From sequence record MZ726796.1: 46,233 nucleotides of DNA. One strand, given 5' to 3'. A model generated the notes under the pieces. It worked only from the letters and a program-made list of their open reading frames with translations, did no database searches and was not told the DNA's origin. Position numbers and translations under genes: made by a program. Positions 8,854 to 19,175 of the stretch are shown here, in pieces (within the stretch, counting starts at the first letter, position 1; every line of letters starts with the position of its first letter). This stretch comes from Escherichia phage vB_EcoS_ASO78B.

Positions 8854-9325
8854 ATACTGGCGACCGTTGGCAATTATTATAATTGTTGTGCTCTGCGCGC
8901 TATGGGTGCGTGGCGAAATCATCAGCTACGGCGACCAGCGATACGCAGACGGATATGAAAAAGCCGTCGCAGACCAGAAGGCTGCAGACGAACAAGAGGA
9001 GCAACGACGCAATGCAGAACTGCAAAAGATTCAGGCCGACGCACGGCAAAGGATTGACGCTGCGCGCAATGATGCTGTCAATGCTGCTGCTAAGTCTGGC
9101 AGGTTGCAGCAACAACTCGCAAACATCCGCAAGCAGCTCGTCGGATATTCCACCACTGAGTCCATTGGCAACCCAGCCGCAGAAACCGGAGTTTTGCTCT
9201 CCGGCGTGCTCAGCAAATCTGTCGAAAGAAATCGACAACTGGCAGATTACGCTGACCGGGCAAGGGAAGCAGGACTAGCGTGTGAGGCGCAATACAATTC
9301 GCTGCGCAATAAAAAAGCCCCGTAA
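8837..9325 (+). CDS. i-spanin (Rz-like)
   Basis: N-terminal TMD LAIIIIVVLCALWV followed by a charged coiled-coil-like periplasmic domain; immediately downstream of endolysin and holin. Confidence 0.75.
   Translation: MSILAKYWRPLAIIIIVVLCALWVRGEIISYGDQRYADGYEKAVADQKAADEQEEQRRNAELQKIQADARQRIDAARNDAVNAAAKSGRLQQQLANIRKQLVGYSTTESIGNPAAETGVLLSGVLSKSVERNRQLADYADRAREAGLACEAQYNSLRNKKAP
9069..9278 (+). CDS. o-spanin (Rz1-like lipoprotein), nested in i-spanin +1 frame
   Basis: MMLSMLLLSLAGC lipobox then Pro/Ser-rich 69-aa product, entirely inside the Rz-like gene. Confidence 0.7.
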   Translation: MMLSMLLLSLAGCSNNSQTSASSSSDIPPLSPLATQPQKPEFCSPACSANLSKEIDNWQITLTGQGKQD

Positions 9326-9336
9326 TGGGGCTTGCG
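9315..9336. terminator. bidirectional terminator
   Basis: hairpin AAGCCCC-GTAAT-GGGGCTT with A-run upstream and T-rich downstream; separates convergent units. Confidence 0.6.
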
Positions 9337-9356
9337 TTTACATCCACGGGTCATGC

Positions 9357-9515
9357 TCACCGATTGGCATTTTCTCCACCCTCTCGCTTCTTCCACATCT
9401 GCTTTAGTTGAAAATAAGCATACGCTTCATCGCCATCTTTTGCATTGCGCTCCATTTGCTCGCACCATACCGATGGTTTTGGTGCCTCACTCTGCTGGCA
9501 ATGTTGTTGGCTCAT
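9357..9515 (-). CDS. small hypothetical protein
   Basis: 52 aa from ATG 9515 with GAGGAA RBS; Cys-containing. Confidence 0.3.
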   Translation of the reverse strand: MSQQHCQQSEAPKPSVWCEQMERNAKDGDEAYAYFQLKQMWKKREGGENANR

Positions 9516-9795
9516 CAACAGATTCCTCAACCGCAGCTTCAACGATGCGCACCAGTGAACACTCAAGGTTAGGTGCATTGTAATTGCCAGCCAGAAACAG
9601 CACGCTACCCGTGCTAATCAGCACCTGTTTCGCGCTTGCCTGCGACAGATTCTGCACGATGAATTGCGCTGTTTCGGTGCCAATTTTAAGCACTGCACTG
9701 CCGTCGCTGTTCAGTGATACCAGTTGCGCTGATGTGTCAGCAATGTTGGTGTAGTTCGTGTTTCGTTGCGCGATGGTCATGTCGCAGAATGACAT
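9487..9795 (-). CDS. hypothetical protein
   Basis: 102 aa from ATG 9795 (MSFCDMT..) with AGGAG RBS 7 nt upstream. Confidence 0.45.
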   Translation of the reverse strand: MSFCDMTIAQRNTNYTNIADTSAQLVSLNSDGSAVLKIGTETAQFIVQNLSQASAKQVLISTGSVLFLAGNYNAPNLECSLVRIVEAAVEESVDEPTTLPAE

Positions 9796-9796
9796 T

Positions 9797-10012
9797 TTAT
9801 GCTCCTGTAGTGATATGGATTTTGCCGTTTTCGCCATATGTTGCCGATTCGATTGTTGCAGTGATTGTGGATACTCCATCAAAAGATGCGCCGAGATTGA
9901 AGTTAACCACACCGGCAACCCTGCGCCCATCCTGATCGACAATCATACTTCTGCCGTTAATCTGCTCAATATGAAGATATACGGGTTCATCATTTTTCGG
10001 TGGCGACATCAT
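9797..10012 (-). CDS. hypothetical protein
   Basis: 71 aa; start overlaps upstream stop. Confidence 0.45.
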   Translation of the reverse strand: MMSPPKNDEPVYLHIEQINGRSMIVDQDGRRVAGVVNFNLGASFDGVSTITATIESATYGENGKIHITTGA

Positions 10013-10500
10013 TTAACCTCTCCATTCAGTTCTTTTACAATTAACGTTGCGTAGCCAGCAATATCTTTCCAGCTATCATCATAGTTTGGGTCGCCATTCA
10101 GGATGCGCCCAATCTTGTGCTGAATCATGTCGAGTGCCTCGTGTTGGCTTGGTGTCAGGTTGTGCCAGCCATCAACTTCGCGCATCACATCTTTCAGCTC
10201 CTGCATAATTTCAGCGCCATCTTTGAATTTGCCGTATCGACTACCGCGTTCGGTGATGAGCTGTTCCACCACATCTACTTCCTGCTCGCCAATGCAATCA
10301 TTGTGGTCTTGCTCGTCGGTAATTGGCTCGCGGCATGCAATAACAACATCCCCGCAACCCTCAATCACTTCAATGCGACCAGCATAATCTATGCTTAGAT
10401 AGAAAATCTCACCAGTACTTCCTGACTTAACTACAAGATAAGCCGTGTCATGGCCAGCAAAATCATCCTCACAGCCTTTCAGATATTTCCATTTTTTCAT
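10009..10500 (-). CDS. hypothetical protein with conserved phage C-terminal domain
   Basis: 163 aa; C-terminal RYGKF...W..L...QHEALDMI..KIGR...G....DSW.DIAGYA resembles an all-alpha phage domain (family not assigned). Confidence 0.5.
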   Translation of the reverse strand: MKKWKYLKGCEDDFAGHDTAYLVVKSGSTGEIFYLSIDYAGRIEVIEGCGDVVIACREPITDEQDHNDCIGEQEVDVVEQLITERGSRYGKFKDGAEIMQELKDVMREVDGWHNLTPSQHEALDMIQHKIGRILNGDPNYDDSWKDIAGYATLIVKELNGEVK

Positions 10501-10691
10501 TTCATCGTCACCCGGTTATTTTCATCAACATTAAAATTCTCACGAATCATCTGGTACATCTCATCTTTAGGCATATCAGCCAGTGCCACATAGCAACGGG
10601 CAAAGTAGCGAACATCACGGAGTGTCAGCGGCTGACGCTTCTCCACAATGCTGGTGATAATGTCCATCGGCTCTCGTCGTGGTCTTGGCAT
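10497..10691 (-). CDS. hypothetical protein
   Basis: 64 aa, first gene of the minus-strand island. Confidence 0.45.
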   Translation of the reverse strand: MPRPRREPMDIITSIVEKRQPLTLRDVRYFARCYVALADMPKDEMYQMIRENFNVDENNRVTMK

Positions 10692-10794
10692 ATTTACTAC
10701 TCCTTTCGAAATTTATTATTGACTAATCTACATCAAGTAGTCAATACTGTTTCTACACCAACGATTCTATCACAATGAGAGAGGTGATGTGGAA

Positions 10795-10992
10795 ATGAGA
10801 TACAAAGAAATAGCAGAGAGATACCAGAAAGAGGTGCGCGAGGTTATGGACATACTTAACGTTCGCGAAGATACCATTAAGTTTGTGGAAACTGCCATGT
10901 GTTCACTGGCGCTTGAAGCGGAGGTTGCAGGTCGTGAAAAGGCTGACGAACTTATATCTGCGGTGGTTTATAGTTCAACCAGTAACGGTTGA
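10795..10992 (+). CDS. hypothetical protein
   Basis: 65 aa from ATG 10795 after GAGAGAGG RBS. Confidence 0.4.
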   Translation: MRYKEIAERYQKEVREVMDILNVREDTIKFVETAMCSLALEAEVAGREKADELISAVVYSSTSNG

Positions 10993-11052
10993 GGATGAAG
11001 GTTATCTGTGCGTTGAGCACGTTGTTATTAAATTCTACGGGAGAAATTATAA

Positions 11053-11247
11053 ATGGCGCATGACGAACTGTACGAACAATCGCTAATCCAGCGACTTAAT
11101 GAAGTTGAGCGCACACGCGAATGGCTGGAATGCGAGCTGCGAGAAGTGCGCAATCGTCTGCAACGTAAGCGCAGTCAGCAGAAGGACGTCATCGACTGGT
11201 CGGGTGATACGCCTAAATTTAATAACTTAGGAGAATGGATAAAATGA
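11053..11247 (+). CDS. hypothetical protein
   Basis: 64 aa, coiled-coil-like; GGGAGA RBS. Confidence 0.45.
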   Translation: MAHDELYEQSLIQRLNEVERTREWLECELREVRNRLQRKRSQQKDVIDWSGDTPKFNNLGEWIK

Positions 11248-11465
11248 GAAAGTTCAGCACGTTAGTTGATTTGATTCTCGCTGACATCAGAGAGTCAAAC
11301 GCCAGAAACAAAAAGTCAAGAAATCAGCGGCAGGATATTACTTTCCGCACACTGCTTAAACAATCAATGCGCAACAAGAAGGAATGGAGATACAGACGCG
11401 ACCGAGTCCTGATAAGGCTGTGCAAGTTGAACATGAACAAGATACTTAAGGACATGAGCAAATGA
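11244..11465 (+). CDS. hypothetical basic protein
   Basis: 73 aa rich in R/K; AGGAGAA RBS. Confidence 0.4.
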   Translation: MRKFSTLVDLILADIRESNARNKKSRNQRQDITFRTLLKQSMRNKKEWRYRRDRVLIRLCKLNMNKILKDMSK

Positions 11466-11710
11466 CAGCGCCATATATGCCGATGATGAATGAGGAAGGA
11501 ATTTTAGAATGCCCGTTATGTCAGGCGACAATTGCTCACGCCGACAGCATTAACGGTAAATGGGTTGTTGAATGCTACGAGTGTGGATGCAGGTCTGGGG
11601 TGTACATGACAGGTAAAGGAGCCATTGAATCATGGAATACCCGCAACGGACACCTCTACACCGCAGATGACTTCAATCAAGCAGCAGAGGAGCGCGATTA
11701 TGGATTATAA
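11462..11710 (+). CDS. Lar-family restriction alleviation-like zinc-ribbon protein
   Basis: CPLC..(18)..CYECGC plus downstream GAIESWNTR, matching the Lar-family pattern (CPFCG...C..C...AI.AWNRR) as recalled; ATGA-coupled to upstream gene. Confidence 0.55.
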   Translation: MTAPYMPMMNEEGILECPLCQATIAHADSINGKWVVECYECGCRSGVYMTGKGAIESWNTRNGHLYTADDFNQAAEERDYGL

Positions 11711-12188
11711 ATCGCAAATCATGCGCGTGATTATCAATCACCCAGGAGCAACGCGCGCATACATTGAGAAGCATTGCGGCGGCAAGCATTCAAGCACTAC
11801 AACGCATCGACTTCATGAAATGCTGGCGCTTGGATTCATTCGTCGCGAGAAGTCAGTGATTCGTGGTGGCAAGTGGCAGTACAAGTATTTTATCTCTGAT
11901 GATGCGGCAGGTATTGATGATGCAATTAAGTGCCATTTGCTTGATAACGCTGGCGCAGAGGTGAAAGAAATCAGTGGCGCAACTGGCATTGATTATCGCA
12001 TCGTGAAAAGCAGAATCCGCATCATGTTTCAGAGTGGCGATGTGGTTCGTAATTATGACCAGCACAAGAAGCTATGGCGCTATTCATGGAAACAACAGGA
12101 AATTAATGTAAGCAATCTGTTTAATTCGCTTCTGCGCAACGCAAGAGGTAATCATGGGAAAAGCCAAGCGCAAGAAACAAGAGTATGA
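11700..12188 (+). CDS. hypothetical protein, possible tandem winged-helix DNA-binding protein
   Basis: 162 aa from ATG 11700; two repeats resembling wHTH units; weak call. Confidence 0.4.
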   Translation: MDYKSQIMRVIINHPGATRAYIEKHCGGKHSSTTTHRLHEMLALGFIRREKSVIRGGKWQYKYFISDDAAGIDDAIKCHLLDNAGAEVKEISGATGIDYRIVKSRIRIMFQSGDVVRNYDQHKKLWRYSWKQQEINVSNLFNSLLRNARGNHGKSQAQETRV

Positions 12189-12313
12189 GCCACTGCCGCC
12201 ATGCGAAATGTCAGGAATGCCGCGACATGAGGATGTGATTCTTACTGAGGCAGAATGGCGCAAGGTGGCAAGGGTGCAAATCATGTTCCGCAAACTTGCT
12301 GAGGATGTACTAA

Positions 12314-12745
12314 ATGAGATGGGCTATTAAGCATAAATCTGGCAGAACTCTGTTTGTAACATCCGATGAGTTTATTGCCAATAACCGTAGAGAGATGGGC
12401 TGGATAGTTGAGGAAGTGAAGATGACGAGCAGAGAGCAGTTTGAAGAAGTGATGAGTGATAAGTACGAGTGGTTCAGTGATGCAATTGCTTGCGCTGATT
12501 TTTGCGGTGACGATGACCATGGCTACTATGTTGGTGGCGACTATATCTATCACGGAACTTCATGTTCAGAGGCTTTGTTCTGGTTATGGAGAGGATGGCA
12601 GGCATCACGCGCAGCAATTGAAGTTGCAACGCCGTGGCTATGTGGTGATGGTGATAACGATACCGAATGGACTCAAGGCTATAACGATGGTGTCATGGCG
12701 ACAGAGAAAGCAATTATCAGCGCAGGATTAAAGGTAAAAAAATGA
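12314..12745 (+). CDS. hypothetical protein
   Basis: 143 aa; GAGGA RBS; an alternative 58-aa ORF at 12154-12330 overlaps its start. Confidence 0.4.
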   Translation: MRWAIKHKSGRTLFVTSDEFIANNRREMGWIVEEVKMTSREQFEEVMSDKYEWFSDAIACADFCGDDDHGYYVGGDYIYHGTSCSEALFWLWRGWQASRAAIEVATPWLCGDGDNDTEWTQGYNDGVMATEKAIISAGLKVKK

Positions 12746-13068
12746 TTATCCCATTAAACGACATTATGAAAGCAGACATCATTCAGCTTGAAGATTATGA
12801 TATGCAACTGGCGTTTGAAATCGAAACTGTTGAGCGTCAGTTGCAGTACGCGGATAAGAATAACGACCGCGTATGGCATGAGAAAGCACTTAAAGCGCGT
12901 GACCACATGAAAAGAACACGAGCACTTATCAAAACTCGCCTTGATAAACTTTATTATGGCGAGGAAAGGTTATTGCACGGCGCAATTCTGGCGCAAATAC
13001 GCAAGGAAATGCCGATTGGTAAGTTCATGTCATACGTGCATCGCGCAAAACAGGAGGCTGGGTTATGA
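12742..13068 (+). CDS. hypothetical protein
   Basis: 108 aa; ATGA overlap with upstream stop. Confidence 0.45.
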   Translation: MIIPLNDIMKADIIQLEDYDMQLAFEIETVERQLQYADKNNDRVWHEKALKARDHMKRTRALIKTRLDKLYYGEERLLHGAILAQIRKEMPIGKFMSYVHRAKQEAGL

Positions 13069-13365
13069 TTCCATTACTGTGGATATTATCGGCCTACGCA
13101 TTCGCGAGGGTATTTGAGGCTGACACTCTGTACAAGATGATTTGCTATGGCGCTCTGTTCTGCCTTTCAGGCGCTGCTCTTGCATTTATGGATGATGTGA
13201 TTTCAGACTAACTCCGTATATCTTTTGTTCATCATGGGCTGCTATCATTTAATCAGGAGGTAGCCCATGAATATAATCCCTATCACTTACTTTCTCACGC
13301 TCTACGCGCTCACTGATTCGCCATTATTTGCACTGGCTACCGCCTCATGGTGCTATATCTCCCTG

Positions 13366-13374
13366 TGTTATAAT
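13366..13374 (+). promoter_or_regulatory. extended -10 promoter element (TGtTATAAT)
   Basis: TG-n-TATAAT about 30 nt upstream of scaffold/protease ATG. Confidence 0.4.
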
Positions 13375-13405
13375 TCGAGCACAAACTAACCGTGGAGAGT
13401 TAACC

Positions 13406-15288
<1,883 letters not shown>

Positions 15289-15290
15289 TA

Positions 15291-16361
15291 ATGGAAAAGA
15301 TTATTTTTACCAAAGACTTGGTAGCCAACTCCGCAGTAGTGGCTGACCAGTGGAAACACCTCACCATCGACCGTAAGGTATTCTGCAATGCAGAAGCTGA
15401 ACTGGCGAAAACTTACGGCGTGAACGCTACCGCACTGGTAACGAAAGATTACTGGCGCGACGTGGACAACGTCACCACCCGCGTTTTCCGCAACGAAGCT
15501 GGTCAGGATATGATGGCTGACCTGATGGGTATCGCGGCAAACATCAACATTGGTAAGACTGTGGCAATCAGCCGCATCGCTTCCGATGCTGGTAAGGTCG
15601 TCCGCACCCTGTCTGGTCAGGAACCGGAAGATCTGGATAAAACCCGCTACGATTACACTGGCGATGTGATCCCAATCTTCAAAACTGGCTACAGCCGCGA
15701 GTGGCGCGAACTGCTGGGCATGCAGTCTGAAGGTTTCGACCCGCTGCTGGACGATCAGGCTAACGTCACCTTCAACCTGCGTTCCGACATGGCGCAGTAT
15801 CTGCTGACTGGCGACCAGACTCTGAACGTGAACGGCGTTTACACTGGTTACGGCATCACCAACCACCCAAACACTGTTCAGGTTAACCTGAATGCTTCAG
15901 GCGGCCTGAATATCGACCTGCAAACCGCAACACCTGACCAAATCGTGACCTTCTTTAATCAGGATTTCCAGTCTATTCTGGATAAGCAGAACGTGTTTGA
16001 GCAGGTAACTCTGTGGGTTTCCCCGGCAGTACGTCGTAGCTTCATGCGTCCGTATTCTGACGCGGCAGGATTCAAAGGCGGCACAGTTGAGCAGTACATC
16101 ACGCAGTTCGGCAATGGTCGCATCGGCAAGATTGGCACCAACTTCCTGCTGACCGGCAACCATTTCGTTGGTTACGTTCGCAACGACATGTACATCCGTC
16201 CGCGCGTTGCTCAACCTGTTTCCACCTACGCCGCAGCCCGCGCAAACCCGCACGATAACTTCAATTTCCTCGTGTGGTCTGCTTTTGGTCTGCAAATTCG
16301 CAAGGATGCCACTGGCAAGTCCAGAGTATTCAACGGCTACGGCACGCAAACTCCGCAGTAA
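15291..16361 (+). CDS. major capsid protein
   Basis: 356 aa downstream of scaffold, followed by a strong terminator; positional and size-based call. Confidence 0.7.
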   Translation: MEKIIFTKDLVANSAVVADQWKHLTIDRKVFCNAEAELAKTYGVNATALVTKDYWRDVDNVTTRVFRNEAGQDMMADLMGIAANINIGKTVAISRIASDAGKVVRTLSGQEPEDLDKTRYDYTGDVIPIFKTGYSREWRELLGMQSEGFDPLLDDQANVTFNLRSDMAQYLLTGDQTLNVNGVYTGYGITNHPNTVQVNLNASGGLNIDLQTATPDQIVTFFNQDFQSILDKQNVFEQVTLWVSPAVRRSFMRPYSDAAGFKGGTVEQYITQFGNGRIGKIGTNFLLTGNHFVGYVRNDMYIRPRVAQPVSTYAAARANPHDNFNFLVWSAFGLQIRKDATGKSRVFNGYGTQTPQ

Positions 16362-16363
16362 TA

Positions 16364-16390
16364 AAAAGGGGCGAATAGCCCCTTTTAACT
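16364..16390 (+). terminator. rho-independent terminator
   Basis: AAAAGGGGC-GAATA-GCCCCTTTT directly after the capsid stop. Confidence 0.7.
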
Positions 16391-16400
16391 ATCAGAGGTT

Positions 16401-16784
16401 ATGATGACCAGCAAAGGCATTGAGCAAGAGATTCAGGACAAAGGCAGTGAAGCACCACGAGTAACCGGGCAACACATTGAAGGCATTATTGCTCAGGAGG
16501 CATATTTCACAGCAGAAGATGGTGCCTTTGGCAAAGCCATAAAAGCGAAACATACTGGTGGAGAGATAAACTACCAGCCGCACCAATCACTTTCTCTGCT
16601 GACGTTCTGCGTCCTGGTGCTGCGCAACGGCTTCACCGTCACCGGAGAGAGCGCCTGTGCAAGCCCGGAAAACTTTGATGCAGAAATTGGTCGGAAGATT
16701 GCCCGGCAGAATGCTGTAAACAAAATCTGGATGCTTGAGGGCTATCTCCTTAAGCAGAATCTTTCGGAGGTAAATAATGGCTAA
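16401..16784 (+). CDS. hypothetical protein
   Basis: 127 aa; AGAGG RBS. Confidence 0.45.
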   Translation: MMTSKGIEQEIQDKGSEAPRVTGQHIEGIIAQEAYFTAEDGAFGKAIKAKHTGGEINYQPHQSLSLLTFCVLVLRNGFTVTGESACASPENFDAEIGRKIARQNAVNKIWMLEGYLLKQNLSEVNNG

Positions 16785-16974
16785 ATACGAAGTCATCGCA
16801 CGCGGAATCTTTGTTAAAGAGAAAGGCAAGATCCGTGAGTTGCAGCTTGGCGAGGTGATTACCGAACCAGCCGAGCATCTGCTACCAAAGCTGCGCATCA
16901 TGCCAGAACTGGAAAAGTCTTTCGAAGTCGCAACACCACAACAAAAGACGACAAAGAAAAAGAAAGCAGAGTAA
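16777..16974 (+). CDS. hypothetical protein
   Basis: 65 aa; GGAGGT RBS; basic C-terminus. Confidence 0.4.
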   Translation: MAKYEVIARGIFVKEKGKIRELQLGEVITEPAEHLLPKLRIMPELEKSFEVATPQQKTTKKKKAE

Positions 16975-16976
16975 AC

Positions 16977-17003
16977 AAAACCCGCATAATGCGGGTTTTA
17001 TTG
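16977..17003. terminator. bidirectional terminator
   Basis: AAAACCCGC-ATAAT-GCGGGTTTTA between convergent + and - units. Confidence 0.65.
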
Positions 17004-17540
17004 CTACAGACGCATCGGCATAACAACAATCTTCGCAGTCTCGCCAGTTGGCGCACTAAGGCAGCAAGCTGCGGCATTTGTATTCCCATTCAATTCAAAC
17101 TTAACGCTACAGAATTTAGGATTAAACAGCTTCGCAGCTTTCTCGATATCCACAAGATAGCCAGCATTGAATCCGATGCAATCAGCAGCTTTCGTTTCCT
17201 TTGGTATCACGCGATCAATATCAGGGAATCGACCATCAATCTCTTCGCAGATACCAGCGCCAACCATCACGCCAGCTTCATTATGATATGTTGCAATTTT
17301 CGCCTTAGTATCAATGATTGCGCACTCATATCGCTTTGTTGGTGCCTTGCCAATCTTGATAATCACATTTTCTGTCAGCTTATTGTCATGACTGCTGCCA
17401 ATAAATGCACGATGACCGTCAGTTGATGCAATACGACCATCAGGCATAAAGCAAATACCATTCAGGTAGTAACGCACATCATTGCGAGCCTGAAATATTA
17501 ATGCTGATTCAAGTAATAGTTTGCTGATTTTTAGTTTCAT
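17004..17540 (-). CDS. truncated beta sliding-clamp (DnaN domain II-III) homolog
   Basis: DVRYYLNG, ASTDGHRA, IDGRFPD.DRVIPK and C-terminal KIVVMPMRL align to E. coli DnaN residues about 133-366; domain I absent, domain III shortened. Confidence 0.7.
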   Translation of the reverse strand: MKLKISKLLLESALIFQARNDVRYYLNGICFMPDGRIASTDGHRAFIGSSHDNKLTENVIIKIGKAPTKRYECAIIDTKAKIATYHNEAGVMVGAGICEEIDGRFPDIDRVIPKETKAADCIGFNAGYLVDIEKAAKLFNPKFCSVKFELNGNTNAAACCLSAPTGETAKIVVMPMRL

Positions 17541-17713
17541 CACTTCACCTTAATCATGTGCTGCTTTGCAACCTTCAGGCATTCTTCAAAAATGCCACCT
17601 TTCTTAGCGCTCTGATTGCGCTTGTAATACTGAATTGCCGCATCAACTGCCATCTGGTCGATGTCAGGCAGCTTGGCTCTTAATTGTTTTTCGATGAATT
17701 GTTCAGCGTTCAT
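17540..17713 (-). CDS. small hypothetical protein (57 aa)
   Basis: Hand-translated ORF (MNAEQFIEKQL..); stop overlaps the clamp-like gene ATG by 1 nt. Confidence 0.3.
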   Translation of the reverse strand: MNAEQFIEKQLRAKLPDIDQMAVDAAIQYYKRNQSAKKGGIFEECLKVAKQHMIKVK

Positions 17714-17954
17714 GATTTATCTTCACCCATCCTTTGCTTGCACCATGCGATACGATAAGTCCTTTCTTGCGCAACGCCTGAAGTCGGCGATCAAGGACTC
17801 GAAATCCCTCATGTGGTTTTGTTGCCAGCTTTTCACACTCTGCATGTATTCCGCTATGAATGCCTCCAGAGAAATGAATAGCCATGAACGTCATCGGCTC
17901 AACATAATCAAGCTCATCCATAATCATTGCGTCGAGTTCTTCATACTTGCTCAT
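17703..17954 (-). CDS. hypothetical protein
   Basis: 83 aa; C-terminal RVLDRRLQALRKKGLI may be a winged-helix DNA-binding element. Confidence 0.45.
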   Translation of the reverse strand: MSKYEELDAMIMDELDYVEPMTFMAIHFSGGIHSGIHAECEKLATKPHEGFRVLDRRLQALRKKGLIVSHGASKGWVKINHER

Positions 17955-18763
17955 CGCATCTTCTCCAGAATTGCCATGACCTCATGAATGTCAGCGACAG
18001 GAATCTGAATAAATTCCTCATCCTCTGCCACCACATGACCAGCAGGTAGAATTACATGGTCGGCTTGCTTCAACAGTTCAATCAGGCGGTCCACTGGCTT
18101 AATCTTCTTTGACTTCAGCACCTTCGCTGTGACCTTATCCTTGCCTTGCGCTTTAGCCTCTTCGACTGCCTCGTTGATAACTTTAACCGCATCATCACCA
18201 TGCTCGCGCGTTACCGCTACGGCGTTTGCATAGCTGATTTGCCCTGCGCTGATGCGAGCCTTCACTTCTGCTGGCACATCACCCAGTGACAGATGCATTT
18301 GCACGTCAGATACTGAACGACCTACCTTCTTGGCGATCTCTTCATTCGTCCAGCCAAAGCCTTTCAGTCTCGTATAAGCCTTCGCGCGCTCAAACGGGTC
18401 AAGTTGCTTTCCCTGACTGGATGAAACCATGAAGGCGATTTTATCTGCTTCGTCTCCGGTAAAATCCTTACACTCAATACGAACTATTGGTGCACCTCGT
18501 TCAATGGCACGCAATGCGCCGAGATAGCGATGCTGACCATCAAGAATGCGGATTCCCTTCTCGTCTGGAATGACTGTTAATGCTGGCAGTGGCTGACCTG
18601 ATTCCCAGCACTGCGCGAAATACTCCACATGCTGCTCATCTGCTTCACGGATGTTGTATCCTGGTTCCAGATAGATTTGCTCAACTGGCACTAGATAGGT
18701 TTTGTTAACAGCGATGCCGTTGCGCGTTTCTTTGTCTGAATAGATTTTGCTTAGTGTTTTCAT
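17951..18763 (-). CDS. ParB-like nuclease domain protein
   Basis: ParB/Srx-type motif IRILDGQHRYLGA in N-terminal half; 270 aa. Confidence 0.7.
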   Translation of the reverse strand: MKTLSKIYSDKETRNGIAVNKTYLVPVEQIYLEPGYNIREADEQHVEYFAQCWESGQPLPALTVIPDEKGIRILDGQHRYLGALRAIERGAPIVRIECKDFTGDEADKIAFMVSSSQGKQLDPFERAKAYTRLKGFGWTNEEIAKKVGRSVSDVQMHLSLGDVPAEVKARISAGQISYANAVAVTREHGDDAVKVINEAVEEAKAQGKDKVTAKVLKSKKIKPVDRLIELLKQADHVILPAGHVVAEDEEFIQIPVADIHEVMAILEKMR

Positions 18764-19107
18764 TGTTTCTTTCCTAATGCTTTCTTGATAGATTCTTCAG
18801 CCAACAGCAATTCTTCTGGGTATTGCTCATTCCAGTTTTGTTTGTATGCCTTGCTAAGCATTTTTTGCAGAGCTTCAAGCAACTCAGGTGCTGCTGCCAT
18901 TAAATTAAAGTCATGTTCAACAGATGAATCAATTTCCCATCGCACTCCATTAAATTTGGCTCCCTTGTTTGAATAAGCAATATTGCGAGAATCATCCCTG
19001 TGACATCCTGGAGTGTCATCAATGCAACTGGCTGGGTAAATTGCTGCGCAACCTCCACGGATGTCTGCAACCCAAGGCCGTTTCGTACCTTTGAATTCAT
19101 CTTTCAT
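18760..19107 (-). CDS. hypothetical protein
   Basis: 115 aa, first gene of the operon. Confidence 0.45.
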   Translation of the reverse strand: MKDEFKGTKRPWVADIRGGCAAIYPASCIDDTPGCHRDDSRNIAYSNKGAKFNGVRWEIDSSVEHDFNLMAAAPELLEALQKMLSKAYKQNWNEQYPEELLLAEESIKKALGKKQ

Positions 19108-19146
19108 TTCATCACCTCTAACATTTATTGTTGTTTCTACGTCATC

Positions 19147-19175
19147 ACTATAAACGCCGCACCAATCTACGTCAA
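19147..19175 (-). promoter_or_regulatory. sigma70-like promoter for the ParB/clamp operon
   Basis: minus strand TTGACG, 17-nt spacer, TATAGT; overlaps two copies of the recurring motif. Confidence 0.45.

Noticed and set aside
10883-11086. 67-aa ORF overlapping two early genes in another frame
   Set aside because: No start codon with an RBS, and it overlaps better-supported ORFs at 10795-10992 and 11053-11247
12154-12330. 58-aa ORF with AGAGG RBS overlapping the 11700-12188 and 12314-12745 genes
   Set aside because: Plausible but below the track cutoff, and it conflicts with the start of the 143-aa ORF; cannot be resolved without expression data
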